Of a stretch of DNA of 64,000 bases, positions 24,031 to 38,414 are shown in pieces. The notes under the pieces are model-generated. The model worked only from the letters and a program-made list of their open reading frames with translations. It was not told the origin of the DNA and did not search any database. A program made the position numbers and the translations under genes. The stretch comes from Camelus dromedarius. Lineage: Eukaryota. The number at the start of each line of letters is the position of its first letter. Positions within the stretch are counted from its first letter, which is position 1. The stretch spans positions 106,208,001-106,272,000 of the forward strand of contig NC_087436.1 of NCBI RefSeq assembly GCF_036321535.1. The letters are read 5' to 3'.

Positions 24031-25154
24031 GGGTATGATTTTTATCTCTAAATAACTGAAAATAAAACAGAACTGTATCATTGAAATAATACCAAATGCA
24101 CACATAGTTTCGTGTTACTCTCCACCTTGCCTTCCAATTCCATGGTTACTTTGCATTTCTGTTTCCATGCAGGAAGGAAAAAAAGTATGTTTGAGGTTGT
24201 TTCCTGCTGTCAGGAAAGAATATGTTTCTTTGTGTTTGATACACCCCCACATTGAAATCGATGGAATTGTGGTTTGTATTTTGAGTTTACTTGATGTTTA
24301 GAGAAATCTCTGCTTCAAGATACTAATGTCATCTATCAAATGAGCAAATTGTGATGATGGGATAAAATCAGCACCTGAGGATAGAGACTGACCGGTTCTA
24401 ACTTGATGGCAGGAGTATGATGGATCTAGTAAGAAATGTTTTGAATGTAGAAACCTTAAGAGTTTAGGTTAATCAGAATACAGGCTCCATTTTTCTTCTG
24501 TTGTTACATTTCTGGCACAATGGTATGTTTGAGAAGTCCCCTGCTTTTTTGCTGATTGTAATTTTTTATTGCCTTCTGAAGTATCTGGGACTCATTCATT
24601 CATCCCTTCATTGGGTCCAGGAAGATGAAGTGTTTGATGTTCTTCTGAGATTCACACACCATCGATTTATAAAGCTAGAAGAGACCTTGGGATGCCATGT
24701 CACTGTTGGTTTTCACCCTCCATGCTCCTCACTCTGAGCAGAAGCAAGTCCAAAAGGCTGAAGACTGATGACCTTCTGTAGCTTCTCTCCATAACTCTTT
24801 CCTGGGTCTAACAAACGATTCTTCGGTTAAAGAAATGCTTCCTTGTGGCGGATTTAAACCGCACCCGTTGCAGCCTAGGACCAGTCCTGCCCCTTCATCC
24901 TCCATGGAGGTGGAGAAAAACAGCTCAGTCACTGTCTTCAGGAATCAGCCTTCCTGGCCTTGAAGATCATTATGAAAGCAGCCTTCAGCTTTTGCTCCTC
25001 AAGGCTAAGCAACCTAAATCCTTAGGAATAATTCTTCATTTCCATCTTCTTGAGTTTCTCTGAACCTTTTCCAAATCTGTTCACTACCTTTAGATTCTAT
25101 AGCCCAAAACTCTCCAAGAGGGTCTAGCTCGGGCGAGCCAGTAGTTGTGCGCTG

Positions 25155-26000
25155 TTCATTTATGCAATTAGCTAAGACACATGTACTGAGCTCTACATTT
25201 TAAATAGACCTCTGGGCAAAGTCCTGAGGGTACAAAGATCAGTGAAAATAGCATAAGGTAGCACTTAAGAGCCTGGTTCATACCATGGATCACTCTTACC
25301 AGCTGTATGACCTTGAGCACGTTACTTAAACTCTCTCAATTCTTTTGTGGGCAAGATGAGATAATGACAGTATCCACTTCATTGGGTTGCTGTGAGGATT
25401 AAGTGGATAAGTACCTGTAATACACTTAGAATAGTGGTCGATGCATAGTTGTGGGCACATAACTCTTGTTATATAAAGTAAAAATTAATAAGGACACAGA
25501 TCCTGCCCTCTAGTTACACCCACTCTACGTGGAAGGATGAACTAATAAATAAACAGCTAATTACAGGTCGGTATGTTCAGTGCTCTGGTAGCAGTCTGAG
25601 CACATGGGATGGAAGTTCAGGGGAGTGAGAGGAATTGTGCCCCAGGAATCTATCAGGAGTGGCTTTGTGGTTCAAGGAAGTTGGACTGTTTGATGCATGC
25701 CTTAAAATCACATATCATTGACATAAAAGGCTGGGAGAGACGTTGGGGTGACATCTCCTTGTTCGTGCTCACTTGACAGACGACCAAGTTGGGTCTTAGG
25801 GGAAGAGTGAGGGCTTTCCAGGTGATGAAGAGGGTGAAAAGGCATTCCAGGCAGAGGGAGCCTTGTGAACAAAGAACTAGATGAGTAGACATCTGGCTCA
25901 TGTTTGGAAGATGGTGAGCGGCTGGTCATGTCACAGGGTGTGGTGGGCAGTGAGGCTGAAGGGGGCTCTTCCATCTGGGTGGCATCAGGATGTGAGTGGA
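25155..26000 (-). mobile_element. L2 (minus) interrupted by a + strand MIR at about 25250-25470
   Basis: L2 tail ttcatttatgcaa...tactgagctctac; MIR accagctgtatgaccttgagcacgttactt...tgtgaggattaagt; L2 resumes gacacagatcctgccctc...ggcattccaggcagagggag. Confidence 0.75.
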
Positions 26001-28479
26001 GCTGGGGGCCTTGCTGAGGCCTCTGCCGTATCCTTAACCTAATCCATGCTCCTGGGGCTTTACTTTAAACAGATGTGTTAGGGCAGCTGCTGCAGCATTT
26101 GCTGTTTCTCTTCTAGTAGTTATCTTACTCTGTCTTGGATCAGAGTTATGTATCAACCCCTGGAGGCCAGAATCTGATCTTCTTCATTTTCCTATTTCTC
26201 TCAGAGCCTAGCGTAGTACCAGGCACAGGGTAGGCTTAAGTCATGTGTGTTGAAATCAGGTTTGCCGGGTGTAACCAGTGCCCTCATCCGCCTGTTCTAG
26301 GACAGCAAGTTGTGCTCCTGCATGGATGAACACGTGCTAATAAATGAATCCAGGGCTTTTACAGTTCTCAAATTTGACTCAGTTTCGAGCACCTCTTGGG
26401 AAGAGAACAGTGTTGTGTAAAACCCAAAAAGCCAACACGAGAGACCAATTCACCCCGTGGTGTGTCCGCCTTTTCTGTTCAGCTCCCTGTGCTCCCGTGT
26501 GCCACGTTCCCGGCTGGTTATTCTGACAGACACCCGATGAACGCCGAATGAGTTTAAGACTGAGATGCTTCCCTTCTCGAACTCTCTCTTGAGCATTGAC
26601 TTCTGTAGGTCACAGTCCACACTGCTCGTGGCTGCAGAAGATTCGAGATGTGGAGGGCAGATTTTAAAAGAAAGTTGAGGAGAAGGCAAGCTCTTGACTC
26701 GCTAAAGAGACATATATGTTTTACATCAAGTTCCCCTGTTGAAAAAATGTCCGAAGAAGTGAGAAATACTCTGGTCATAGCAGTGGGTTGAATGCAGCGA
26801 TTCTCTCACTTAGGGAGCAAAAGCTGCAATTTTCTATCTAATTCACTCCTCAGTCATTCCACGGCCCCTGTCTCAAGCTCAATTTCAGCTCAGTCCCCAG
26901 TACACAGAGCCACTGTACAGTGTATGAAGAAATGACCGACCAGAGGGACCAAGGGGAAGATGGAGCCGTGTGGTGACCAAAGCTTGAGTTACGGAGTAGC
27001 CCTGGGATTCACGTGGCATCTCTCCCCAGCGCCTCTCACAAAGGCCATGTAAAATAGGTCATTTCTCCTCTAGCCTTTAAATTGTAAGGACCTTCGCCAG
27101 ATAGGCTAAGATGATCAGACACAGCCTGATGCTTCTGTTCAAATGCTCACCACATATATATGGGGAAACAGACAAATTTCCTGGAGACTCAGTGGGTAGT
27201 GCCTGGATTGAAAGTTCACTGCCTCCCAGGCTTTGAATTGAAATGGAAACGGACTGGCTCTCTGCAGAACTCCATTACTGTTGATGACTATTTGTCTTTT
27301 TCAGTGGAGTTCGAGTGAGCAATAAATATGACTGCTCTTGAGGGAGCGTGTCCTGAAAACGGCTGGATCTTTCCTTACACGTGTCAAGTGTATTTCAGTT
27401 TTCAAAAGCACATACCCGTTTGCACTCCTTTTTCAATCTCATAGAAGCCCGGCGAAGGAAATGGCAACTGTGTTTTTATTATCAGTCGTCCGATGCATAA
27501 ACCAAGGACTGACAGGTTAAGAGCCTTGCCCAGCAGGACCAAGACTAGGATCTGAGACTTAGGTGCCATCCTGCGCTTGTGTGCTCAGATCCAGCTGCCT
27601 TTCTGTTCACTGGTCCAGGGCCAGCTTTCCTAAAGCTTGTGAAAAAAAGGGTGTTCCTGAATGCATACTTAATTAGCCCCAATCAGTTGTCCCCTTCCTA
27701 AAAAAGGGTGACACTTAAAGCTAAAAACCTGTATGTAATCATTTCTGAGGAAGAGCTTCTCCCCCCAGCGCCAACAACGAAACTGCCTGGTGGAGAAGCA
27801 GGATGTGCATGTTCCTCCGTGCTGATCGTGGTGCTTGAGGCATGGGCTCCGTGCGGTGGTGGGAGTCCAGCAGGGCTATTACACAGTCAGTAATCCAGGG
27901 AAACGCTGCAGAAATACATAATTTTGCGTAACACTCTAAAAGACTTTATTTTTAGCATTGCTGGATTCCTTTTTTTTTTTTTTCCCCACATTGGAAAAGG
28001 AGGCACATCATCTCCCACAACTCAGCTCCTTGCCAGGATGTGACTTAAACAGCACGAATCACCTCAGCCCCACCTTCTGGATGAAGCAGTTTTGGTGAAT
28101 CAAGCCTCTGAACGAATAAGACCAAATGTTTTCTTTAGAAATATTAGGAGACTAAAATGGTCAAGAGGTCACGTAGTACAGCTTTTTTATTTTTGTGGGA
28201 ATAATAATAAACTCTTAAGTACACTGATCTCTGAAATATACTGTTTGTTGATAGTCTTGGTGTTCACATGTAACTTGAGGATCCGTGGGGAAGCATCCTA
28301 TGTTGCACTTTTTATGTCTGTGTTTCATCTGCCTAAAATCAATTGACTCTTTTCTCTCCCATCTCCTTTCTCAACCAAAAAAAAAAAAAAAAAAAATTAA
28401 AATACCTCCTAGTCATCTTTAAAAACTCCTATCACCAACTCATACGTGCTTGAAATTCTAAAATATAATATTACTTATA

Positions 28480-28720
28480 CTCCAAGCATAAACTCTGGAG
28501 TCGGACCAATGTAAAATTGAAATCTGCTTTGCCATCGACTAGTTGGACACCTTGGATATATTTCTGCTTTAAGTCCTCAGTTTCACTACCTTTAAAATGA
28601 GACGATGATAGTAACTTTATTCTAAGATAATTATGAAGATTAAAGGAAATAATATACCTAAATCCCATGGCAAAATGACTAGCATCTAGAAGGCACTCAG
28701 TAAAAATTAGGAATTATTAC
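28480..28720 (+). mobile_element. MIR SINE
   Basis: actctggagtcggacc...cctcagtttcactacctttaaaatgag...aggcactcagtaaa. Confidence 0.85.
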
Positions 28721-28739
28721 TCTTATTGTAAAGGTGTTT

Positions 28740-30500
28740 CCATCAAGGCCAGGATAATGACAATGTCGTTCACAATCCCATTTATGCCAACCTACTCATA
28801 CATGGAACAGAACTAAGACATAGAGGAGACAAAAAAGTATATGATCAGGTAAAATTATTGTCTATATAGGAAAGCAAAGATATTTAGAAAAACTGAAAAA
28901 TTATTTTAAAAAAATGAGAGTTGAGTTAGTTGATTCAATATAAAATAAATATATAAAAATTAATAACTTTCTGGTATAGTAGTGATAACTAGTTAGACAA
29001 GATGAGTACTGAAGTCATTCAAAATAGCACTAAAATATAAACTATGTAAAAATAAACTCACTGAGTAATAACACAGACTCTGTATGAAGAAAACTGTAAA
29101 ACTTTAGCAGGAGACATAAGGAAGACTTGAATAAATGGAAAAGGTGTCATCTTCCTAGAAAGGAGGAACAAATCCTCTCAACAGCTTAATTATGACCAAA
29201 TTTTTGTTAAATTGCATATAGTAAATTGAAATATACACTTGGTACACTAAAAAAACCCTTAATTCTTCTCAAATGAATGTATATGTGTCATGTAATTCTA
29301 GCTGAAATCACATTGCTGCTGTTGTTTTCTGGAAACCTGACCAGGTATTGTAAAGTTTATCTTGAGTAATAAAAAGGATGAAAAAGCTAAAAATACTTAA
29401 GAAGAAGAGCAGCAAAGCAGGCTTTTCTCTAGTAGGTGTTGTAATGTACTATAAAGTTATGGTAATTAAAACAGGATGTTCTGGAGAAAGAATCAACAGA
29501 CAGTGGGGTTGAAATATGCCAGAAACAGACTCTAAGAAAAATAGGAGTTTATGATGTGGATTTGGTCAAGATTAGATTACATATTAGTTGAAGAATTGAC
29601 AATTATGCAATAAATGGTGTTGACTCACCTGGTTAACTGACTGGGAGAAAAGACAACAAATTAAATTCCAGGGAGAAAGAGTAAAATGTAAAACATTCAA
29701 AACATATAAATAAAAGGAGAATGTATAGGCTAATATTTATCTGACCTTGGAATGGGAAGGCTTTCAGAGCATAAAGAAAGAGAGTGACAATTTTGATTAT
29801 GTAAAAATCTAAAAATTCTCCATGTCAGAAATGTAATAAACAAACAAACAAAAATGCAACAAATAATAAAATGGAAAAATATTTTTGACAAGTCTGATCT
29901 AAAAGGCTTGCTGTTTGTAACAAATTGAGAAATTTATAAATAAGAAATGATGTAATACTCCGCTTGAAAAAAATGAGTTTGGCCCATGAACAATTAACAA
30001 TAGATACATGTTATCAATAAGTACATGAAAAAAATTGTAATCACGTTTGTCAGCAGAGTTATTCAAATTAAAACAATAGTGGAAACACAAAGATTTTGAA
30101 AAGCAGTGATGTTGGTGATGATGTTGGTGATGATACTGGTGATGACAGGATGAATCCAATGTACCGACAGCCTCTGACTCTCAGGGGAGGGTGTAAATTC
30201 TTGCCGCTTTTCTGGAAATCAACTAGAGAATATGTGTAAATCACTTTAAAATGATAAAAAAGCTTGACTTAATCCTATTCTAGAAATAGGTATTAAGGAA
30301 GTTATCTGAGACAAAGATAAAACTTCATGTAAAAGGATGCTTATTTTGTTGTTGCTTATATAAAAGTTTGACTCATCCTAAAATTCTAATTATAGGATGG
30401 TCAAGCATACTATGATATAGTCATCAAAAACTGTGTTTCCCATATTAAGCATGGGGGGATGCTTTTGATATAATATTAAGTGAAAACCATGGACAGTATA
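28740..30500 (+). mobile_element. Ancient L1 (L1M/L1ME-like): decayed ORF2 3' half and 3' UTR
   Basis: tgtatgaagaaaactgtaaaacttt...gaagacttgaataaatggaa...tactataaagttatggtaattaaaacag...aataaatggtgttg; many stops. Confidence 0.85.
30107..30142. repeat. 12-bp tandem repeat x3 (TGATGTTGGTGA)
   Basis: Two exact copies plus TGATACTGGTGA. Confidence 0.85.
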
Positions 30501-30559
30501 CTTTTTGGGTTAAATATGGAAACTGAAACCCAACAAAAGAAAATAAAGACATAAAAAAA

Positions 30560-32790
30560 AAGGTTTAAACCCCAAAGACAAAGAAAATGAAAGAGGAGAT
30601 GATATTGGGAAAGAAATGTCTACCGGATTTTGAAAGCTCAAAAGTGAATTTAAAAAGAGAATAAACAAATACTGATTTGGCACAGCATTAAAATAATAGT
30701 GAATTCTAAGCTTTCAAGGGGGAGAAATCAACAAAAAGCAGCTGTTTGGTACTGCCAAATTCTGAAAATGCTCAGGAATTGGATGGGCCAAGTATCTTAG
30801 AAGGTGAGGCTGAGAAGTAGAATGGAAAGCAGTGAACAGGTTGAAGATATACAAAAATAGCAGAGAGATCAGATCCCTTCTCTCACTGGACCAAAGCAGA
30901 AAACAGGTAGTTCATATCCTAATGGAGTTGAACCAGAAAAGATCCAGGCTTGAGGACCAATCTAGCATCTCAGAGGGGCAGGTAATATGCCTTATGAAAA
31001 TAAGCAGGTTTCAAGTGAAAGTCTGCATACTGAAGAGTGAGATCCCAGTTCTCTCTTCTCTTCCAAAGTATTTATGGCTTGCCTCATTGTCTGCTGGAGA
31101 GGAACGTGAAGGATTCCTTTCTGCAGAAACCGACCAGTTCAATAGAAGACAGTGACTCCTGTGAAAAGATTAATTCTTCAGGCCACACTGCAGTAAAGCC
31201 CACCACATGTAACTTCTTTCCGTGTTCCTGGAACTTCCAGTCAGCATTGAATGTTTTACTCTTGAATGATCAGACATTACTGGGAGGCATTCTAATATGA
31301 AAGAGAGAAACTAAAACAGAAACAAACAAATGAACAATAATTGGAGCAAACAGAGGCAATGCAGTTTAGAGGAAAACATTTTTAAAAATCTTATATTTAT
31401 TATGAGAGTTAAGAGAATATATTGCATTCAAGATATAAAAACAGGCTAATATGGGAGGGAACATTCAGAAAACCAGAACAAGCTCTTAGAAATAAAAATA
31501 TGGAACCAGAAACTAAACTTAATAGAAGAATTGGGAAACAAGTTTGAAAAAAAAATCTCTGAAAAATTAGGTAAAAAAGACAAAGAGATGGAAAATAAGA
31601 AAGAAAAAGAAAGAACAAAAGAGCAAGAAAATTTGAAGAGTGGCTCAAGAAGTCTAAAATCCAGAGGAGATTCAGAAAACAATACCAGTTAAAATGGAGG
31701 GAGGGGAACTATTAAAGAAACAGGACAAGAGAATTGCTTTGAACTGAAAGACATGAGTTTACAGATATAAGGGTCCATTCACTTAATGCCAACATAACAA
31801 ATCACACACACACACACACACACACACACATGCACACACACACACACACAACCCCCTAGACATATCACTGAAAAATTTCAGAATGTTTAGAATAAAGAAA
31901 ACTTACTAAATAATTCCAGGAAAAAAAAGAACAGGTCACATACAAGAGACTGAGAATCACACTGGAAAATACCACTAGAAGCTAGAAGAGAATAGAGTAT
32001 TATATTCAAAGTTTAACTGATTTTCAACCTAGAAGTCAATATCTTGCCACTACTTCTGACTGCTACGGGAATAAAAATCGTAGGCATCTCATAGGATTAC
32101 ATAAGATAATGAATGTAAAGTTGGTCAAAGGATCTATTTTCAGATTGCAAGATCTTTACAAATTTCTCAGAAAGCTACTGAAGGATATGTACCATAAAAA
32201 CAAGAGAGTGAATCAAGAAGGAAGATGATATGGAATTCAGGAAATAAGAGGTCCAAACCCAAAGAGAGGCAAAGGATATTCCTGGTAAAATGGCATAAGG
32301 GAGCTCTAGGATGTCAGCTTTGGTGAATGCCTGAAGAGAAGCCAGTTCAGATCAGAACAGTAGGATTAAGGGGAGCAATGCCTTCTGGAAAAAATGGAAC
32401 TGCACATCTGTCTGATGTGAACACATTGAACATATTGAGAAGTTTTTTTCAGCTCTGACAAAGAATGTGTCATTGGGTCAAAAAAGGAAATTAAAAAATG
32501 AAGACAATTATTAACTCCAGGGAAAACAAAAACATATGTAAGAAGAAAATTTAAATATAAGATGCTATATAGCAGTGAACAAAAACTTAAATAGCTATAA
32601 TAACATAAATGTAATTTATTTTACAAAATACTATGAAATAACTATATCAGGTGGATACAAGGAGAAGAAGCATATGTGTCGTGTGTCGAATGTGTCAGTA
32701 GAGGTGGTGTAAGACCTAATCCTCCCCTTCCGTATTTGAAAGTCAGTAGGTAATATCTGATGCAACAACTGGGTTAGAAGGACTAGTGTA
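30560..32790 (+). mobile_element. HAL1 (half-L1, ORF1-like) decayed element
   Basis: gaacattcagaaaaccagaacaagctcttagaaataaaaatatg...aaagacaaagagatggaaaataagaaag...gaactgaaagacatgagtttacagat. Confidence 0.75.
31803..31850. repeat. (CA)n microsatellite
   Basis: Direct inspection. Confidence 0.98.
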
Positions 32791-33159
32791 ATTTATAAAC
32801 AAGGAAATGAACTAGGGTTTGGATGATTTGTTCAAGGTTTCACAGCAAGTCTGTGGGAGAGATGGAACTAGAACCTAGCTGTCTGGCCCCCCGAGTCTTG
32901 GTCCTGAACAATGGCAGAAAGGTCTCAAAATACATCCTCTGCCTTTCTCTGGCCCCTCCCATACTTCCAAGTTGGATGACTCAACAGAAATTCCTCTCTC
33001 CATACACTTGTATTGAATTAAAATAAGTAACCAGTGATTTTTACTATGCATCTCGTGAATTTTATTCTAAGATGTAGGAATTGTGCTGTCAAGGAAACTT
33101 TTTTGTGTGAATAGGCAGAATTTATATATAAATTGTGATTTGGGTGGGCTGCCTTTGTC

Positions 33160-33360
33160 ATTGCTCTTGGTCTGCATTTGAGGGCTGAATCTTCTCCTGA
33201 TTAACTGATCTTGGACAAGCTACTTCATCTATCCAAGCTTTGGTTTTCTCATCTGTACAAAGAGAATAACAATAGTAGGCATCTCATAGGATTAAATCAG
33301 ATTATGAGTTTAAAGGGATGAACTCATAGAAGAGCTTGGCATGTAAATGATTGTGGTTAA
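33160..33360 (+). mobile_element. MIR SINE
   Basis: gatcttggacaagctacttc...gttttctcatctgtacaaagagaataacaatag. Confidence 0.85.
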
Positions 33361-35149
33361 CAGCAGAGGCATAGTTGTGGGATAGGGAGCAGGGGATCAG
33401 CTGATCCCGGCAATCCACTCCAAATATTATACCTTTTCAACATATTTATATTGTTAAAAATACATTACATGGCTACTGGGAACTATGACATAAAAATGTG
33501 GGAGAAACATGGAGATTTTAGGGCATCTAACCAAAGTGGTGTGGAACCAATTTTAGGTCTCATGCCTTCACCAACCACTGGCATGGGTTAGAGTCTGGTC
33601 CGACCTTTGGTAGTGGTATTTAACAATTGGAACAGAGCTGGTGGTGATAATATATTACAAAGTTTGTTATTTCTCCCAGTTATTCACAAAATTCTTCTCC
33701 ATGGAACATTTCTGTATATGAAAATGAGTTCGAGAATTATTTGAAAAGTTCATGGGTAATGGTTTCGAGAAGTTGCTAAGCGAAAGGAGGATGCTTGGCT
33801 GTGATCCCTGCCTTTAGACCTTAGCCCTGGTGGAGACCACTACCAAGCACACATTTTCACAAGGAAGCAAAATGGACCACTATGTTGCTTGGTCTACAGT
33901 GTGAAATCCATATGGCAGTTTCTTGTTCTTAAGAAACACACCAGCTGTGGTACAGAGTATTTTCAAAACATGATGTATGATTAGATGACAAGCCCTGTTC
34001 TCTGATATATGAGGTGAAGATGGGCTCATATAAACCTGAAGGTTTCTGCAGAGGGGAGAGTACTTGTGTTCCCCTCCAGGAAAATGATGCATTTCTCTCT
34101 CTCACCTGAGACCGCCACTTAACTTCTGGGGCTTGAAGGGAAGGGAGGGGGTGCTTAGGGCTCCCCTAGAGCTCTCTGGAGCAAAGAGCTGGAATGTGTG
34201 AGGGGTACCAGGAGAATCTTCCTTCCCTCTGCTTTTAGGGAAAGCATTCTCTGCCACTTAGGGAAGGTGGGAGCTTCCCATCCGTTGTCCTCTGTTTATG
34301 CTTGTAGTTCAAAAAACCTAAACATCTCTCTGTGCAGAGTTAAGGATGTAGGAAACACTTGATCAGGTAGATGCTTCCAGTTATTTGCATCTCACTGCAC
34401 TGGGCAAATGTTTTCAGTCAGTGGATGTTATCACAGGGAGATTACTTTATCCGAAATTTCAGAGAATTCTATGAAGGGATGAAAGGGTGAGGCTGATTTT
34501 ACAATAGAAAGATCAGAGCACATAAGGCTAGGAAAAGGATCATGGGGAAGAAATGACTTCTGTGGCGAAGGGAGGAAGACAGCTTAGGTAACATGCTGTT
34601 GATGTGTGTGGCAGTTTATGTTTAATTCTCACTGTAAACTTGCAGATACAATTATATAATGATTTCCATTCTTAGATGAGGAAACTGAAGGATGGGGATG
34701 TTTGCTTTCTGTGGGGCGGCCAAGCTCACACAGGTAGTAGTTGGTAGAGTCTTATTCAGTCTTTCTGGCCCCAAAGGCTAGCATTTTCCTTCTCCGACGT
34801 GAGAAGATTGTTAATTCCTTTTTCGCCCAGGTATTTTTTATTGTTACTGGAAATCCTCTTCGCTGGGGTCCTCCCTTCCCAGTGTTTGCTGAGCCAATCC
34901 CCTTTTCCTTCTGGTGATGATTTGCTTTGCTCTACATGGGTGAGGAGGAGGATCTGGGCTTTCAGACTGAGTGCTGTTTTCATGCCTAACATTTGGGTGT
35001 GGTTCTGGACACTCACCAGGAGCCGGCAAGGGGTCCAAAGACATCACAGCTCTTCCCTGCCCTCTCTGCTCCATCCCAACACTCTCAACACAAACTGAGA
35101 CACACAGTTGACTAACAATTCCTCGTGATTGCCTGTAAAGAGAAGAGGC

Positions 35150-35410
35150 CAAGTGTAATGCTGGTCAGTGGCATTAAATGGTCCAAATCCTAGCTGTACC
35201 TCTTACAAGGTGTGAGAATTTGACAGTTTCCTAATCTGTGCTAACTTCCATGTTTCACCATCTGTAAAATGATGATTGATAGTAACAGTTTCCACCTCAT
35301 AGGGCTGCCATGAGGATTAAATAAGAAAATTACACCACCATCACCATCATCATCATCTCACTACCACTCCCAAAGGGCCTGCACATAGTAGGTGCTTAGG
35401 GCACGTGGTT
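35150..35410 (+). mobile_element. MIR SINE with internal (CAC/CAT)n
   Basis: catctgtaaaatgatg...cctcatagggctgccatgaggattaaataag...gcacatagtaggtgct. Confidence 0.85.
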
Positions 35411-35587
35411 CTCTTCATCTGAGATTGGTTTCAGCTATTTGAACTTTACATTTGCAGGAATAGGGGTGAGTTGAGGGAAAGGTCAAGTTCAAGAGAAAGA
35501 AAAGTAGAAATAAGAAATGAACATTAGATCTCTCTTACGCCTGATGTTTCTCCTCTTGACTCTTACGAACATTCTACCCATTTCTCA

Positions 35588-35652
<65 letters not shown>
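35588..35652. repeat. Compound (CT)n(CA)n microsatellite
   Basis: Direct inspection. Confidence 0.98.
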
Positions 35653-35654
<2 letters not shown>

Positions 35655-38085
35655 CTCTCCATTTTTATCATGGGTAAAGTCCACCAATCATCAGAATGCT
35701 CTGAAGACTGTCTCTCAGGTAAATTAAGTTTTCTGGATCACCTTCCTGAAATAAATGAAAGAAGACATTAGGGAACATTTTAAGACATCTTGGCCTCCAT
35801 GCTATTCTGGGAGCTCTTGGGAGCTCTATATTTCTTTAGTGTAACTCTAGATAAACTGAAATTTGCAACTAAATGCAGGTTAGTCATTGTGATTGAGTGC
35901 TTCAGGGAGCTTCCACCCAATGACTTTCCTTGGCTAGCAATCTTCATGCAGTTGTGTTGCACCAATGTTTCCACCTGGTTTTGTCTCCCTGGTGCCAGTG
36001 GGCCTTTCTAGGAGTCACTGAATTGTTGTAGCACCTTTGAGTAAGGCTGAGTCACCCTCAGCCCTTTAAAATACCACAGGCCTTTCAGACAGTCCTGGTC
36101 CAAAATGTTGAGGCTGTGTGAGGTTGCCTGGAAAAATTTGTATGTGTGTTTCAAGAAGAGTAGCTTAGAAATCTTTGATCATTGGGTACACAGGGTCTGC
36201 AGATTCCCACTGAAAGGACGATAGTGCACTGGGGAAAATGGCTAACCCATTAAGAATCAAGTTTTTATTTTTGTGTGTGTTTGAATTCCTAATTTTCAGA
36301 TTTATAAGAACAAGTAATTATATCACCAATTAAATGAGTGAAAAAAATCTATAAAACTAAAGAAACACTATTCTTGTTGCAAAATATATGTACATAAAAT
36401 TAGAGCAATTCACAAATGCAGAATTCTAATGTTACATTAGATGGTTTCAACTGCAAAGCCTGCATTCATATTTCCATTACAGCTCTGTTTTCTTTCAATT
36501 TGAGGAAATGTTTCTCTTAACAAAAAACTCTAATGCTTTATTTTAGCCTAAAGGGATAAATCTCATACAAGATCTGTTTTAAATGATTTTCTGAGGTTTT
36601 GAAGAAACAAAATATTTTTATTTTAATCTCATTAATTTTTTTGTTGTTGCTCTGGGAGGACTCAAACATGAATGAACTTTAAAACTTTCCACCTGCCTAG
36701 CTCCCAGGGAGAAGATTGCTCATGGAATGAGAATTATTCGGAGAGAGAATGAGAGCATTGAGGGGAGGCTGAAGTATAGAATCCAGCATTGGAAGGGACT
36801 TTAGGGTCATTCAGCCCCACTTGGTCCTCTCAGGGACCCTTGGGAAAACCCGCAGTAAAACCCACATTCATGTCTAAAATTCAATAGTACATCTAGTCCC
36901 ATCCATCAATTATAAGTAATATAAAGTTCCTTTTGCCTTTCATTAAAAATTTTTAAATCAAAATAATATGTACTTATTATATTTTCTTAAAAAATCAAAT
37001 GGCTTAAAAGAACTTATAATGAAAAACAACTGGTCCACCTCTCTCCGCTTTGAGCCCTGTTCCTTAGTGGCAAATACCGTTACCCCTTCCTGCTTCTCAG
37101 GCTCTAACGAAACAGAACCAAACCTTCAATACCCTGCTTCAGATTGCCATTTAATATTTCAAATTCTTATACAAGGCTAAATGATGAATTAGGATCCATG
37201 GGTCAGTTATCTTCCTAGAATCAGGGAGTGTGAGAATGGGGAAGCCTGTCATTTTCTCAGTGAATTCACTTATAAATGAAGAAAACAGCATCTAGAGAGT
37301 GACTGGTCCTGTGACTAGTCTAAGGTCAAACATTTAGTTGATGACACTTTATGAAATAAAACTTGGGTCCGATGCCCTTTCCCCTCTACTATACTGCTCA
37401 GGATGTGTTTTGATACAATTCAGGTACATCCTGAGTCGTGTTCAGATAAACTAGGTCTTGTCTTTAGATGGTTAGACTATGTTAAAATGCTACTTACCAT
37501 GAATGCAATGGGAGTGAAGCATTTGTCATTTAGAGACTAGTGCAAATTATAACATACCTGTAAAATTATAATGTACTTCTAAAATTGACTCAGTTTGGCA
37601 GGAGAAAAAGAAAGAAACGGGCAGTTTGGCACTGGAAAAATAAAGCATTATTGGTACAGGAAATTATGTAATATTAGAAAGTATAATTGGTAGGAGCTTT
37701 CTCATGTTAATATTGAGTTCCAGTAACATCTCTCCATACTTGATGGTTCCTGCAGGTTGTCATTTGATGAGGAAACAGAGCATTGATGGTTCAGACATTG
37801 CGGAAGACAGTGTAATAGAGGAAATCTGAGAGTAGAAAGAGTGGGGAAATGAAATCAGAATTTGGGGTGCATGTGTACATGGGGGGGTGCTATCTCTGTG
37901 TATGGAAGTGGTGATGGTAAATTAGAAGCAAGAGCCAAGAGAGTGTTCTGGGGTTCTAGGAACCGTCTGGAACAGAGGCTGACAGATCTGAAATCCAACC
38001 TTAAGGCCAGAAAGAGTTTGATCAGGTAGCAGCTAGGCGAGGTAGGTTAGTTTTGCCAACTGAAAGAAAACATAATGGGCCTAGA

Positions 38086-38414
38086 CAAAGGGTTGGCAAA
38101 ATTTTTCTGTAAAGGACCAGAGAGTAAATATTTTGGGCTCTGCCAGCCATTAACGTCTCTGTTGCCATTACTCAACTCTGCCGTTGAAGCACAAAAGTGG
38201 CCGCAGACAAGAGGTAGACAAACGAGCGTGGCTGTGGGCCAATAAAACTTGATTTATGGTCACAGAAGTTTGAATTTCATATAATTTTCATGTGTCACAC
38301 TATCTTCTTCTTTCCATATTGTCTTCAACTATTTAAATGCAACCATTCTTAGGGCCGTACAGAAATAGGGTGTTCACTGGATTTGGCTGATGGAACATAG
38401 TTTGGGGAACGCTA
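38086..38414. mobile_element. MER58B-type hAT-Charlie DNA transposon
   Basis: gggttggcaaaatttttctgtaaaggaccagagagtaaatattttgggctctg...ccaataaaacttgatttatgg. Confidence 0.88.

Noticed and set aside
24885..24910. Minus-strand ATGGAGGATGAAGGG (MEDEGA), resembling exon B4 MDEGYF
   Set aside because: Wrong strand relative to B5, extra codon, no donor after it.
26322..26345. + strand ATGGATGAA (MDEHV...) as possible exon B4
   Set aside because: Diverges after MDE and lacks a donor after codon 6; B4 is probably outside the window.
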